Notes under the pieces: model-generated
Databases searched by the model: none
The model's input: only the letters and a program-made list of their open reading frames with translations
What the model was told of the DNA's origin: nothing
Position numbers and translations under genes: made by a program
Part shown: one piece after another, positions 46,437 through 55,616 of the stretch
Position numbering within the stretch: position 1 is the first letter of the stretch
Layout of the letters: the number at the start of each line of letters is the position of its first letter
Assembly: GCA_963835405.1 (NCBI GenBank)
Contig: CAWIFV010000010.1
Location: forward strand, 15,150-79,149
Origin: an uncultured Actinomycetota bacterium
GTDB lineage: Bacteria; Actinomycetota; Actinomycetes; JAFAQI01
DNA length: 64,000 nt
Direction of reading: 5' to 3'

Positions 46437-46463
46437 ATAGACGGTAAGAGGGGTTGGTCGGTC

Positions 46464-48250
46464 ATGGCAGGCATCTCCCGGTGTCGCCGCTGGTTCTTCT
46501 CGCGGCAGACCGCACGCATCGGTGCGGCGGGGCTGCTCATCGCGTCGGTGACTCTCGGTGCCGCCACCATGGCGAGCGCCGCCCCCCCGGCCAACGGCAA
46601 CAACGGCACGGTCCAGATCGGGACGGGTAACGGCAACGACCCGCACCTGACCTGCCCCATCGCCATCAAATGGTCCGGCTTCGACGCCGGCGTGACCAAG
46701 GACTACGACGTCGCCTTCGGCGGCATCAGCCCCACTGGCGGAAGCCCGGCCGCGGTCGCCCCGTCGGACCCGACCAGCGGTTCCTTCACGACCACGGCCC
46801 AGACGCTCAACTACTGGCTGCAGATCACGGGCGGCACGCCGAAGAAGAACGGCGAGTACCACGTCAACATCACCGTCACGACGCAGCTTGCCGCCAACAC
46901 GGACACCAAGTCCAAGACCGTGTGGTTGAAGAACTGCGTGGGCAGCGGCACGGTCAGCGTCGCCGGCGCCTGCAACACCAACAAGGACGGCTACGACTGG
47001 ACCGTCACCGCCACCCCCGCCGTCGGTTCGCCGCCGGTCACCGGCAGCTGGACGAGCACCACGACCAACGGGACCTACGCCACCGACGCCGCCGGCGACG
47101 GGACGTTCTCCACCACCGGTGTGGGCGAGAACACGGTGACGCTCACCGTCAACGAGGCGGGCTGGACGGTCTCCCCGTCCGGCACACCGACCGCCACGGC
47201 GGTGGCGTGCGCAAGCGGCAACACCCCTTCCGATCTGAGCCTGTCGGCGGCGTGCTCGCCGACGACGGCCGGCCAGGTGGACTGGACCATCACCAACCCG
47301 GCCGGCAACCCGACCGTCGACGTCGTTGGCGTGAGCCCGACCGGCGCGGTCACCACCTCCGTCGCGCCCACCACGCTCGCCGCCGGCGCATCGGCCACGT
47401 TCACCACCGATGCTCCGCTGTCGACCGGCAACCTGACCGCGAGCGGGACGACCAACCCGGGCGGGGTCACCCTCACGTCCAACACGCTCGGCTTCGCCGG
47501 CACCTGCACCACGGGCTCGGCCGAGACTCCCGCGACGGTGACCTTCAGTGACACCTGCACGGTCGTCCACGTGGTGTTCACCAGCGCCGGACCAGCACAC
47601 GACCCGGTTCGACGTCACCGAGCCGGACGGCAGCACCGACACCGTCGTCGGCAGCGGCACCGCCGACTACCCGGCCGACGCCACGGACAAGCACATTCAG
47701 GTGAAGTACGACGGCCAGAGCGCCAACCACACGTGGACGGCGCCGGCCGGCTGCGGCAACGGCAACCCGGGCGTCGCGGACCCGAAGGTCTCGTCCAGCA
47801 AGGCCTGCAAGACCGGGATCACCGTCGTGCTGAGCAACATGGCCGGCACCGCCGACGTGGTGTTCACGGTCACGGGCGTCAACGGCAAGAGCCACGACGT
47901 CGCGGTCCGCGCCGGGCAGATCGTGCGGAAGAGCTACTTCGTGACGGAGGACAGCACCGGTGAGGTCACCGTGTCCGCCCCGGGCCTGGCGACGAGGACC
48001 ATCACCTACGCCAAGGACTGCGCCACCGTCCTCGCCGAGAAGACAGACGAAGACACCGAAGACGACGAAGACACCGACGGTGAAGCCGGTCGTGCAGGGC
48101 GAGAAGGTGACCCAGCTGCCGTTCACCGGTGACTCGACCAAGAGCGAGGGGATGGTCGCGGCCGCACTGCTCTTCCTCGGCTCGGTCCTCTGCTGGGTCG
48201 GCAGCCGTCGGCGCCGACCGGCGCGAGCCGGTGCCTGGCGCGAGGGCTGA
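46464..48250 (+). pseudogene. LPXTG-anchored surface protein, 2 frame breaks (about 47585, 48065)
   Basis: Signal peptide (IGAAGLLIASVTLGAATMASA). The body is Thr/Gly-rich and lies in ORFs 46464..47963 and 47548..48132. The sorting signal LPFTGD + TM + RRRR lies in ORF 47960..48250. Confidence 0.7.
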
Positions 48251-48423
48251 CCGACAGGCGACGCAGCGGGCGGTCCCGAGACATCGGGGCCGTCCTCTTC
48301 GCTGTGTCCGGGCGGGTAGCCAGGCAGGGGTCTGCGGCCGCCGGTCCGAATACGGACATATCCGGCTACCTCCCTTGACGTACGGTTACCGACCGGCAAC
48401 CGTGTGAGCGCGCCCTGCCCGGG

Positions 48424-48508
48424 CGTGGGGGGCATGGATCCGCGGCCGGTACGCCGGTCACCGTTCCGCGAGGAGACGGCCGCGGGGAGCCAGTGGTGAG
48501 ACCGACCC
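48424..48508 (+). promoter_or_regulatory. conserved structured 5' leader element, copy 2
   Basis: CCGCGGCC (48440-48447) pairs with GGCCGCGG (48478-48485), a compensatory A:T to G:C change relative to copies 1 and 3. The second hairpin is TTCC-GCGA-GGAG. The 25-nt tail is identical to copy 1. It ends 24 nt before ATG 48533. Confidence 0.65.
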
Positions 48509-48532
48509 GTCGCGCAGCACGGGAGGGTCGCC

Positions 48533-49483
48533 ATGGGCCGCACGTCACGAGTCGCCGCCGGATGCATCGCCGCGGTGGCGATCGCGCCCTGGATCGGCGC
48601 GGCGGTCGCCGTCGGTGAGGTCAACCCGACGACGTACGACGGCAACGCGACCAGCTGCGCCGACGTCGACCTTGCCGGCGACAGCCAGGTCGGCGTCGGA
48701 GGCTCCGGCGGCCTCGACCAGGACGGCTTCACCGTCACCAGCGACGGCCAGTACCTCAACGTCACCGACACGCCGGACGGCACCGATATCGACGCCGTCG
48801 TGGTCAAGGCCGGCGACGCCTACAACGTCTACGCGTCGGCGATCGACGACATGCGGGGCCCCGGCGTCGGCAAGAACGGCAACGTCCCCACCATCAGCCA
48901 CTGGTTCCTCTGCTACCCCCCGGCCGACGAGGACACCGGCGGCGGGGGCGCGGGCGGCGGCGACCAAGGTGCCGGCGGCGGCGACCAAGGTGCCGGCGGC
49001 GGCGACCAAGGTGCCGGCGGCGGCGACCAGGACACCGGTGGGGACCAGGACACCGGTGGGGACCAGGGCGCGGGCGGCGGCGACCAGGGTGCCGGCGGCG
49101 GCGACCAGGACACCGGCGGGGACCAGGGCGCCGGGAACAACACCGACGGGGATCAGCCGGGCGGTGGCGGCGGCGACACGGCCGGCGGTGAGGTGGCCGG
49201 CAACGGGGCGGACAAGGCCTCGAGCGATGACGGCACCCAGGTGCTCGGCACCAAGATCACCCGGCACCCGCACCGCTCCCAGCAGACCGGCGGCGGGCGG
49301 ACGGTGCAGACACCCTCGGTGAGTGCGACGGGGGCCGAGGTAGCGGGGGGCGAGGTGGCGGCGCTGCCGTTCACGGGCGCCGCGAGCGCGCGGCTCCTGA
49401 GCTTCGCGCTGGCGCTGCTCGCGTTCGGGTCCGGGCTCGTGCTGGTGAGCCGCCGGCCGGCAACCGGCCGGCGCCGCGCCTGA
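48533..49483 (+). CDS. LPXTG-anchored surface protein with GGDQGAG/GGDQDT tandem repeats
   Basis: ORF 48533..49483 has a signal peptide, a globular N-terminal domain, low-complexity repeats, and LPFTGA + TM + RRPATGRRRA. Confidence 0.8.
   Translation: MGRTSRVAAGCIAAVAIAPWIGAAVAVGEVNPTTYDGNATSCADVDLAGDSQVGVGGSGGLDQDGFTVTSDGQYLNVTDTPDGTDIDAVVVKAGDAYNVYASAIDDMRGPGVGKNGNVPTISHWFLCYPPADEDTGGGGAGGGDQGAGGGDQGAGGGDQGAGGGDQDTGGDQDTGGDQGAGGGDQGAGGGDQDTGGDQGAGNNTDGDQPGGGGGDTAGGEVAGNGADKASSDDGTQVLGTKITRHPHRSQQTGGGRTVQTPSVSATGAEVAGGEVAALPFTGAASARLLSFALALLAFGSGLVLVSRRPATGRRRA
48944..49136 (+). repeat. in-frame tandem repeats, 21-nt (GGDQGAG) and 18-nt (GGDQDT) units
   Basis: Read directly: ggcggcgaccaaggtgccggc occurs 3 times, then ggggaccaggacaccggt units, then further 21-nt units. 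Confidence 0.85.
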
Positions 49484-49540
49484 GCCGAGGACACCGGGCC
49501 GGCGCGCCGCGAACGGGGAGCCGCTGGATCGGCGTACCGC

Positions 49541-49726
49541 TCAGCGGGTGAGGTGCGCGCTCAGCAGGGTGGCGAGCGCGAGCAGGGCCACCAGCCAGAC
49601 GAGGGTGGGCCCGGACAGCACGGCCTGCCGTGGGTGCATCCGGTCGCGGGTCGCCCGGCAGCTCGGGCAGCGGGCGTCCGCCACCGGGTTGGCGCAGCGC
49701 GCGCAGACGAGGTGCTCGCAGCACAT
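49541..49726 (-). CDS. small zinc-ribbon (CxxC...CxxC) membrane protein
   Basis: ORF 49541..49726: MCCEHLVCARCANPVADARCPSCRATRDRMH... followed by the TM helix LVWLVALLALATLL. Confidence 0.4.
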   Translation of the reverse strand: MCCEHLVCARCANPVADARCPSCRATRDRMHPRQAVLSGPTLVWLVALLALATLLSAHLTR

Positions 49727-49887
49727 GGGCGGCCCCTTCCGACGCGGCTTGCCTCCAGGATGCCCGAGGAATCCTGGTTCGCAACCAAGGTCGGCTGATC
49801 CGGGCGGGGGGTTGAGGCCGGTCCGGTCGGCAGCCGCCTGCGCGCTGACCCCCTGATCGGCACCGAATCGGCCTACACTCGCCGTTC

Positions 49888-50577
49888 GTGATCCGCTTCC
49901 AGGGCGTGACGAAGCTCTACCCGACGAGCACCCGGCCCGCCCTCGACAACGCCTCGGTCGACATCGGCAAGGGCGAGTTCGTCTTTCTCGTGGGCCAGTC
50001 CGGCTCGGGGAAGTCGACCTTCCTGCGGCTGGTCCTCAAGGAGGAGAAGCCGACGAGCGGGCAGATCTGGGTGGCCGGGAAGGAGCTGTCCCGGTTGTCC
50101 CACTGGAAGGTGCCGGCGCTGCGCCGCCAGATCGGCACCGTCTTCCAGGACTTCCGCCTGCTGCCCAACAAGACCGTGCGTGAGAACGTCGCGTTCGCGC
50201 TGGAGGTCATCGGCAAGCCGCGGCACACGGTCGCCAAGATCGTCCCGGAGGTCCTCGACCTGGTCGGCCTGTCCGGCAAGGAGAACCGCATGCCCGACGA
50301 GCTCAGCGGTGGCGAGCAGCAGCGGGTGGCGATCGCGCGCGCGTTCGTGAACCGGCCGATGGTCCTGCTCGCCGACGAGCCGACCGGGAACCTCGACCCG
50401 ACGACCAGCGTCGGGATCATGCGGCTGCTCGACCGGATCAACCGCACCGGGACCACGGTGGTCATGGCCACCCACGACTCGCACATCGTCGACTCGATGC
50501 GCCGCCGGGTGATCGAGCTCGACCAGGGTCACGTCACCCGGGACCAGTCCCGCGGCGTCTACGGCTACGCCCGCTGA
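49888..50577 (+). CDS. ftsE: cell division ATP-binding protein FtsE
   Basis: ORF 49888..50577 has Walker [10 protein letters not shown], the signature LSGGEQQRV and Walker [12 protein letters not shown]. Followed by ftsX. Confidence 0.92.
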   Translation: MIRFQGVTKLYPTSTRPALDNASVDIGKGEFVFLVGQSGSGKSTFLRLVLKEEKPTSGQIWVAGKELSRLSHWKVPALRRQIGTVFQDFRLLPNKTVRENVAFALEVIGKPRHTVAKIVPEVLDLVGLSGKENRMPDELSGGEQQRVAIARAFVNRPMVLLADEPTGNLDPTTSVGIMRLLDRINRTGTTVVMATHDSHIVDSMRRRVIELDQGHVTRDQSRGVYGYAR

Positions 50578-50587
50578 GAGGACGATC

Positions 50588-51469
50588 GTGCGCCTTCGCT
50601 TCCTGCTGTCCGAGATGGGCATCGGCCTGCGCCGCAACCTGAGCATGACCATCGCGGTCATCCTCACCGTCGCCATCTCGCTGGCCGGCCTCGGCGTCGC
50701 CTGGCTGATGCGCGAGCAGGTCAACACGATGAAGGACTTCTGGTACGGCAAGATCGAGGTGTCGGTCTTCCTCACGAACGACGTGACGCAGCCGCAGCGC
50801 GACGCCATCAATGCCGAGCTCAAGCAGCTGCCACAGGTCGAGACCGTCTACTACGAGTCCAAGGACCAGGCGTTCGAGCGGTTCAAGCGGCAGTTCGCCT
50901 CCGAGCCGCAGCTCGTCAAGAACACCAGCCGGGACGCGCTGCCCGAGTCCTACCGGGTGAAGCTCTACGACCCCAAGAAGTACGGCATCGTCGCCAGCGC
51001 CGTCGCGCAGATGCCCGGCGTCGATCAAGTGGCCGACGTCAACGCCGCGCTGAAACGGGTCTTCCGCTTCTTCGACGGCATCCAACGGGCGGCACTCGTC
51101 GTCGCGGTGGTCGTGCTGATCGTGGCGATCCTGCTGATCTTCAACACGGTGCGGCTGGCCGCGTTCAGCCGACGGCGGGAGACGGGCATCATGCGCCTGG
51201 TCGGCGCGTCGGACCTGTTCATCCAGGGGCCGTTCGTGCTCGAGGGCGCCCTCGCCGGCCTCGTCGGCGCCGGGCTGGCGCTCGGGCTGCTGGCGCTGTT
51301 CAAGATCGTCCTCATCGACCACGGGCTCAAGAGCGCCTTCGGGCTCAACATCACCCGCTACATCGGCTGGGACACGGTCATCCTCACCTATCCCTGGCTG
51401 ACCCTGCTCGGTGTCGTCATCGCCGGGTTCATCTCGGCCGCGACCCTGCAGCGATACCTTCGGGTCTAA
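50588..51469 (+). CDS. ftsX: cell division permease-like protein FtsX
   Basis: ORF 50588..51469 has a four-TM FtsX topology with an extracellular domain after TM1. Sits downstream of ftsE. Confidence 0.9.
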   Translation: MRLRFLLSEMGIGLRRNLSMTIAVILTVAISLAGLGVAWLMREQVNTMKDFWYGKIEVSVFLTNDVTQPQRDAINAELKQLPQVETVYYESKDQAFERFKRQFASEPQLVKNTSRDALPESYRVKLYDPKKYGIVASAVAQMPGVDQVADVNAALKRVFRFFDGIQRAALVVAVVVLIVAILLIFNTVRLAAFSRRRETGIMRLVGASDLFIQGPFVLEGALAGLVGAGLALGLLALFKIVLIDHGLKSAFGLNITRYIGWDTVILTYPWLTLLGVVIAGFISAATLQRYLRV

Positions 51470-51950
51470 ACTGAATCCGTGGAACGACGGCGGCGCAGGC
51501 GGTTGTGCGTGATGTGAGTCGGTGCGTTGCGTCGAGACAGCGTTGATCTGCTGGTCTGCCCAGCTTTCCCACGTGGTGTTTCGGTCGTGGCCGTTGTGGC
51601 CGGTGGACGGTGGGTTGGTGTTAGCCGGGAGCGACGACCGGCACGGGCATGACGTGGTTCCACAGTGCAGTCCAGGCGTTCGCCCATGGCCAGTGCTCGG
51701 GCAGGTGCAGCCATGGTTTGCGTTGTGGGCGGGCCAGCCGGCCGGGCAGGTTGACGATCTGCCGGCGCACGGTGGCGCCGCGGGCGACCGCATGCGTGGC
51801 GTCGGCGAGGGTGCCGGCGGCACGCAGCAGGTTGTGGGTGATCGCGGCGCAGACGGCCCAGGCGGCGTTGGCGGCGAACGCCCCGGACGGCTGGTGCGCG
51901 AGTGGCCCGTCGATCAGGTCGGCGAACACGGTCTCGATGACCGCGTGCTG
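51470..51950 (-). mobile_element. 5'-truncated IS remnant: C-terminal about 109 aa of an IS1380-like DDE transposase plus its terminal region
   Basis: The C-terminus of minus ORF 51621..52673 reads QHAVIETVFADLIDGPLAHQPSGAFAANAAWAVCAAITHNLLRAAGTLA...LHLPEHWPWANAWTALW, which I recognise as a transposase C-terminus (family assignment from memory). No N-terminal part is present. The lower-GC segment 51470-51620 sits between it and the ftsX stop. Confidence 0.55.
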
Positions 51951-51992
51951 AGGCCCTCGGCGCCCCGCCGCCGCTCCACCTATCCTGAGCAC

Positions 51993-53161
51993 GTGCTCCC
52001 CCGCCGCCCGCTCAAGATCGCTGCCGCGGTGACCGCCGTGCTCACGGCGTACGGCGCGGGGGCGGTGACCGTGCTGGTGACCTCCTCGGGGCCCCGGCAG
52101 TCGGCCCGGCCGAGCATCCTCGACCAGGCTGAGCGGCGGATCGCGAGCCAGGCGGCGAAGCCGGTCTCCTCGGCGCAGCTGCAACGCGCCGCGGTCGAGG
52201 GGATGCTCCGGGCCCTGGACGACCGCTGGTCGGCGTACTACGGCCCCGGCGACTTCGAACGGTTCGAGCAGGTGCTGGCCGGCCGCTACACGGGGGTCGG
52301 CGTCTGGGTGCGGCGCGGCCGGCAAGGCGCGTTGCAGGTGATGTCGGTGCAGCCGGGGTCGCCCGCCGACCGGGCCGGCCTGCGGACCGGCGACGTGCTG
52401 GTGAGCGTCTCCGGCGTACCGGTCGGTCAGCCGCTCGGTGGCCGACGTCGTGGCCGGGCTGCGTGGCGACGTCGGCAGCAGCGTGACGGTGCAGGTCCGC
52501 CGCGACGCGAGCGTCCTGACCGTGCGGCTGCGCCGGGCGTCTGTCAGCGACGACGACGTCAGCGCGACGATGATCGGGCGCGGCGTGGAGCGGCTGCGGA
52601 TCGCGGCGTTCACGCGCGGCGTCGGACGCTGGGTGCGCAACCAGGTGGCGCTCGCGCGCGAGCGGCGGCTCAACGGGCTGGTGCTCGACCTGCGCGACGA
52701 CCCCGGCGGGCTGCTCGACGAGGCGGTGGAGACGGCCTCCGCGTTCCTGGCCGGCGGTCCCGTCGTCTCCTACGAGCAGCGGGGCACCGAGCCACGCGTC
52801 CTCGAGGCGCTCGGCCACGGCGACACCGGGGTGCCGCTGGTCGTGCTCGTCGACGGCGGCACCGCCAGCGCGGCCGAGATCGTCGCGGCGGCGCTGCAGG
52901 AGCGCGGGCGGGCGGTCCTGCTCGGGTCACGCACCTTCGGCAAGGGCAGCGTGCAGGCCCCGAGCCGGCTGTCCGACGGCTCGGCGCTCGAGCTGACGGT
53001 GGGGCACTACCTGACGCCGTCCGGCCGCATCACTCGACGGGGTGGGCGTGGAGCCCGACGTCGTCGTACCGGCGGGCAGCAACGACGCCGTCTTCGATCA
53101 GCGTGCCGTCGAGGTGCTCTCCGGGCTGACGGCTGACGCCGGCAGCAGCGGCCGCGGCTGA
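51993..53161 (+). pseudogene. S41-family C-terminal processing peptidase, 2 frame breaks (about 52430, 53025)
   Basis: GTG 51993 within ORF 51522..53129 (TM, then a PDZ-like domain GVGVWV...VMSVQPGSPADRAGLRTGDVL). The catalytic region lies in ORF 52438..53136 (LVLDLRDDPGGLL, GGTASAAEIVAAAL, FGKGSVQ). The tail ends at TGA 53159-53161. Confidence 0.75.
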
Positions 53162-53175
53162 CCGGGACGGCTCTC

Positions 53176-53652
53176 ATGGCCAAGGAGCGCGGGCGCAAGC
53201 TCGTCGCGCAGAACAAGAAGGCGCGGCACGACTACCACCTCGACGACTTCTACGAGGCCGGGCTCGTGCTCACCGGCACCGAGGTGAAGTCGCTGCGGGC
53301 CGGCCGGGCCTCGCTCGTCGACGCCTACGCCCACATCAAGGACGGCGAGGTGTGGCTGGAGAACGCGCACATCCCGGAGTACGACCAGGGGTCGTGGACC
53401 AACCACGAGCCGCGGCGGTCGCGCAAGCTGCTGCTGCACCGCGAGGAGATCGGCCGCCTGATCGGCAAGACCAAGGAGAGCGGCATCACGCTGGTGCCGC
53501 TGTCGCTGTACTTCAAGGACGGCAAGGCGAAGGTCGAGATCGCGCTGGCGCGCGGCAAGAAGTCCTACGACAAGCGGCAGGCACTGGCGGCGCGGGACGC
53601 GGCGCGGGAGATCGACCGCGCGGTGGGGCGGCGCGCGAAGGGCCACGTGTGA
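53176..53652 (+). CDS. smpB: SsrA-binding protein SmpB
   Basis: ORF 53176..53652 contains [29 protein letters not shown]...[10 protein letters not shown]. Confidence 0.92.
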   Translation: MAKERGRKLVAQNKKARHDYHLDDFYEAGLVLTGTEVKSLRAGRASLVDAYAHIKDGEVWLENAHIPEYDQGSWTNHEPRRSRKLLLHREEIGRLIGKTKESGITLVPLSLYFKDGKAKVEIALARGKKSYDKRQALAARDAAREIDRAVGRRAKGHV

Positions 53653-53671
53653 CGAGGGTGCGGCACCGGTC

Positions 53672-54580
53672 GTGAACGACGCGGACGTGCCCGCCTTCTG
53701 GCGCGGGCTGGGGCTGCCGGGTCTGCTCGACCTGCACGTGCACTTCATGCCCGAGCGCGTGCAGGCGAAGGTGTGGGCCTACTTCGACGCGGTCGGGCCG
53801 CTCACCGGCCGGGCGTGGCCGATCCGCTACCGGTGGCCCGAGCAGCAGCGGCTGGACCATCTGCGGACGCTGGGGGTGCGGGCGTTCCCGTCCCTGCTCT
53901 ACCCGCACAAGCCGGGGATGGCGGAGTGGCTGAACGGCTGGGCGGCGTCGTTCGCGGCTGCCCATGGCGACGTGGTGCCGACCGCCACCTTCTTCCCCGA
54001 GCCCGAGGCGCCGGCGTACGTCTCCCGCGCCCTCGACGGTGGCGCGCGGATCTTCAAGGCCCACGTGCAGGTCGGCGGTTACGACCCGCGGGACCCGCTG
54101 CTGGACGGGGTGTGGGGGCTGCTCGCCGAGGCGGCGGTGCCCGTGGTCGTGCACGCGGGGAGCGGCCCGGCGCCGGGGCCGTTCACCGGCCCGGGCCCGT
54201 TCGGCGAGGTGCTGCGGCGGCACCCGGCGCTCGCCGCGGTCGTCGCGCACCTCGGGATGCCGGAGTACGACGAGTTCCTCGGCTTCGCCGACTCCTTCGC
54301 CAACGTGCACCTCGACACGACGATGTGCTTCACCGACTCCTTCGGCGACGGGTCGGCGCTGGGGCGCGAGCTCGCGCCCCGGCTCGCGGCGCTGCAGGAC
54401 CGCATCGTGCTCGGCACCGACTTCCCGAACATCCCGCACGACTACGCCCACCAACTGGAGGTGCTGGCCCGCCTCGACCTGGGCGACGACTGGCTGCGCG
54501 CCGTCTGCTGGCACAACGGCCGCCGGCTTGTCGGGCGAAATTTCTCGGCGGCGCAAGGCGTTGCCAACGGCGTACGATGA
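53672..54580 (+). CDS. amidohydrolase-family (metal-dependent TIM-barrel) protein
   Basis: ORF 53672..54580 has an LDLHVHF metal-binding start and an ...VVHAG...HLG...GTDFP pattern. Confidence 0.65.
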   Translation: MNDADVPAFWRGLGLPGLLDLHVHFMPERVQAKVWAYFDAVGPLTGRAWPIRYRWPEQQRLDHLRTLGVRAFPSLLYPHKPGMAEWLNGWAASFAAAHGDVVPTATFFPEPEAPAYVSRALDGGARIFKAHVQVGGYDPRDPLLDGVWGLLAEAAVPVVVHAGSGPAPGPFTGPGPFGEVLRRHPALAAVVAHLGMPEYDEFLGFADSFANVHLDTTMCFTDSFGDGSALGRELAPRLAALQDRIVLGTDFPNIPHDYAHQLEVLARLDLGDDWLRAVCWHNGRRLVGRNFSAAQGVANGVR

Positions 54581-54614
54581 CAACTCACAACTGAACAGTG
54601 GTCCACCCTTTCCA

Positions 54615-54971
54615 GGGGGTGAACGGTTTCGACTTCGGACGTCGACTCAAGGGAAGCGGGTCGAGGATGTCGCGTGATCTCGTAAATCCATCGCGGCAAC
54701 TTCAATAAGTGCCGATAACAGCGCACTCGCCAAAGCTGCTTGATTAAGTAGCTGGCTGTCAGCCCAGGGATGCCCTCGCTCTGGGACCTGGCATCGATAG
54801 AGGGCTCCACCGATCGGCCCGGTCACGGGGCCGGTCGGGAAATCAAACAGTGACTGAGCCCGCAGCGACTTGCCTGCGAGATCGCTGGGGCTGAGAAAAC
54901 TGCAGCAGGCTGCACCCGGAGAAGCCTTGACGAGCCGCCGAAGGACCCGGGTTCGATTCCCGGCACCTCCA
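54615..54971 (+). ncRNA. ssrA: tmRNA (ssrA)
   Basis: The 5' GGGGGTGAACGGTTTCGAC pairs with the 3' ...GGTTCGATTCCCGGCACCTCC-A (T-arm plus acceptor stem). The tag reading frame resumes at GCC 54711: ADNSALAKAA, stop TGA 54741-54743. It directly follows the smpB region. The 3' CCA is not encoded (actca). Confidence 0.88.
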
Positions 54972-55030
54972 CTCACCGCGTGATCTTCGCCGCTGTGACC
55001 AGTTTTCGGCGCGACACGCCGTTCAAGTGG

Positions 55031-55546
55031 TCACGACGGCGAAGATCTGTGTGTCGCGCAGGGCGCGGGCCGGGCGACGCGGCCGCCCTCGCGATAGGCG
55101 AGGTAGACGCGGAGCCGTCCGTCGGACTCGGCGGCCAGCCGGCAGTCGGTCGACCATCCGTGAACCGCGTAGATCGGCGTGCCGGCAGGAAGGAAGGCCG
55201 TGTCGCCGTCCCTGGGCTCGCCGGGAGAGCGGTGGGTCCGGTCGTTGAACGCGGAGAACGAGCAACGTGAGTGCAGGACGACCTCGCCGAGGTCGGACCG
55301 GCTGATCGGCGGCGGGTGCCGGACCAGGCCGGCGACGTACTGCCGCCCGAACGCCTGGACGAAGTCGACGTAGTCGATCATCGCCATCCCCGACCCCGAC
55401 CCCTTCGCCTCGGGGCACCCGGCGGCCGGTTCCGACGTCCGCTGCGCCGGTGGTGTGGTCCCCGGCGGCTCCGCGACAGGTGTCGAGCCGGCGGTGCAGG
55501 CGGTCACCAGGCCGCACCCGGCCACAGCGAGGACGAGTCGTCTCAT
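55031..55546 (-). CDS. putative lipoprotein
   Basis: In-frame ATG 55546 within ORF 55031..55762: MRRLVLAVAGCGLVTAC (lipobox), then a Cys-containing soluble domain. Confidence 0.55.
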   Translation of the reverse strand: MRRLVLAVAGCGLVTACTAGSTPVAEPPGTTPPAQRTSEPAAGCPEAKGSGSGMAMIDYVDFVQAFGRQYVAGLVRHPPPISRSDLGEVVLHSRCSFSAFNDRTHRSPGEPRDGDTAFLPAGTPIYAVHGWSTDCRLAAESDGRLRVYLAYREGGRVARPAPCATHRSSPS

Positions 55547-55616
55547 CGGGCAACCTCCGCAAGGTACGACGCGGCGCGGGCCCGACCGGTTCGCCCGGGA
55601 CCAAAGTCCCTTCCGG

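Noticed and set aside
48913-49143. 76-aa minus-strand ORF (PPPAPWSPP repeats), and the idea that the 48944-49136 repeats could be a CRISPR array
   Set aside because: The repeats are contiguous with no spacers, are 18-21 nt long, and are in frame within a signal-peptide/LPXTG protein. The minus-strand ORF is simply their antisense.
51522-51992. N-terminal 157 codons of ORF 51522..53129 as part of the S41 peptidase
   Set aside because: This stretch is antisense to the IS1380-like transposase remnant and has no peptidase similarity. The peptidase plausibly starts at GTG 51993, just before its TM segment.
54972-55030. attR-like duplicate of the tmRNA 3' end marking a genomic island boundary
   Set aside because: I found no second copy of the ssrA 3' terminal sequence and no integrase gene downstream by eye. 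The island idea is kept only as a low-interest inference.
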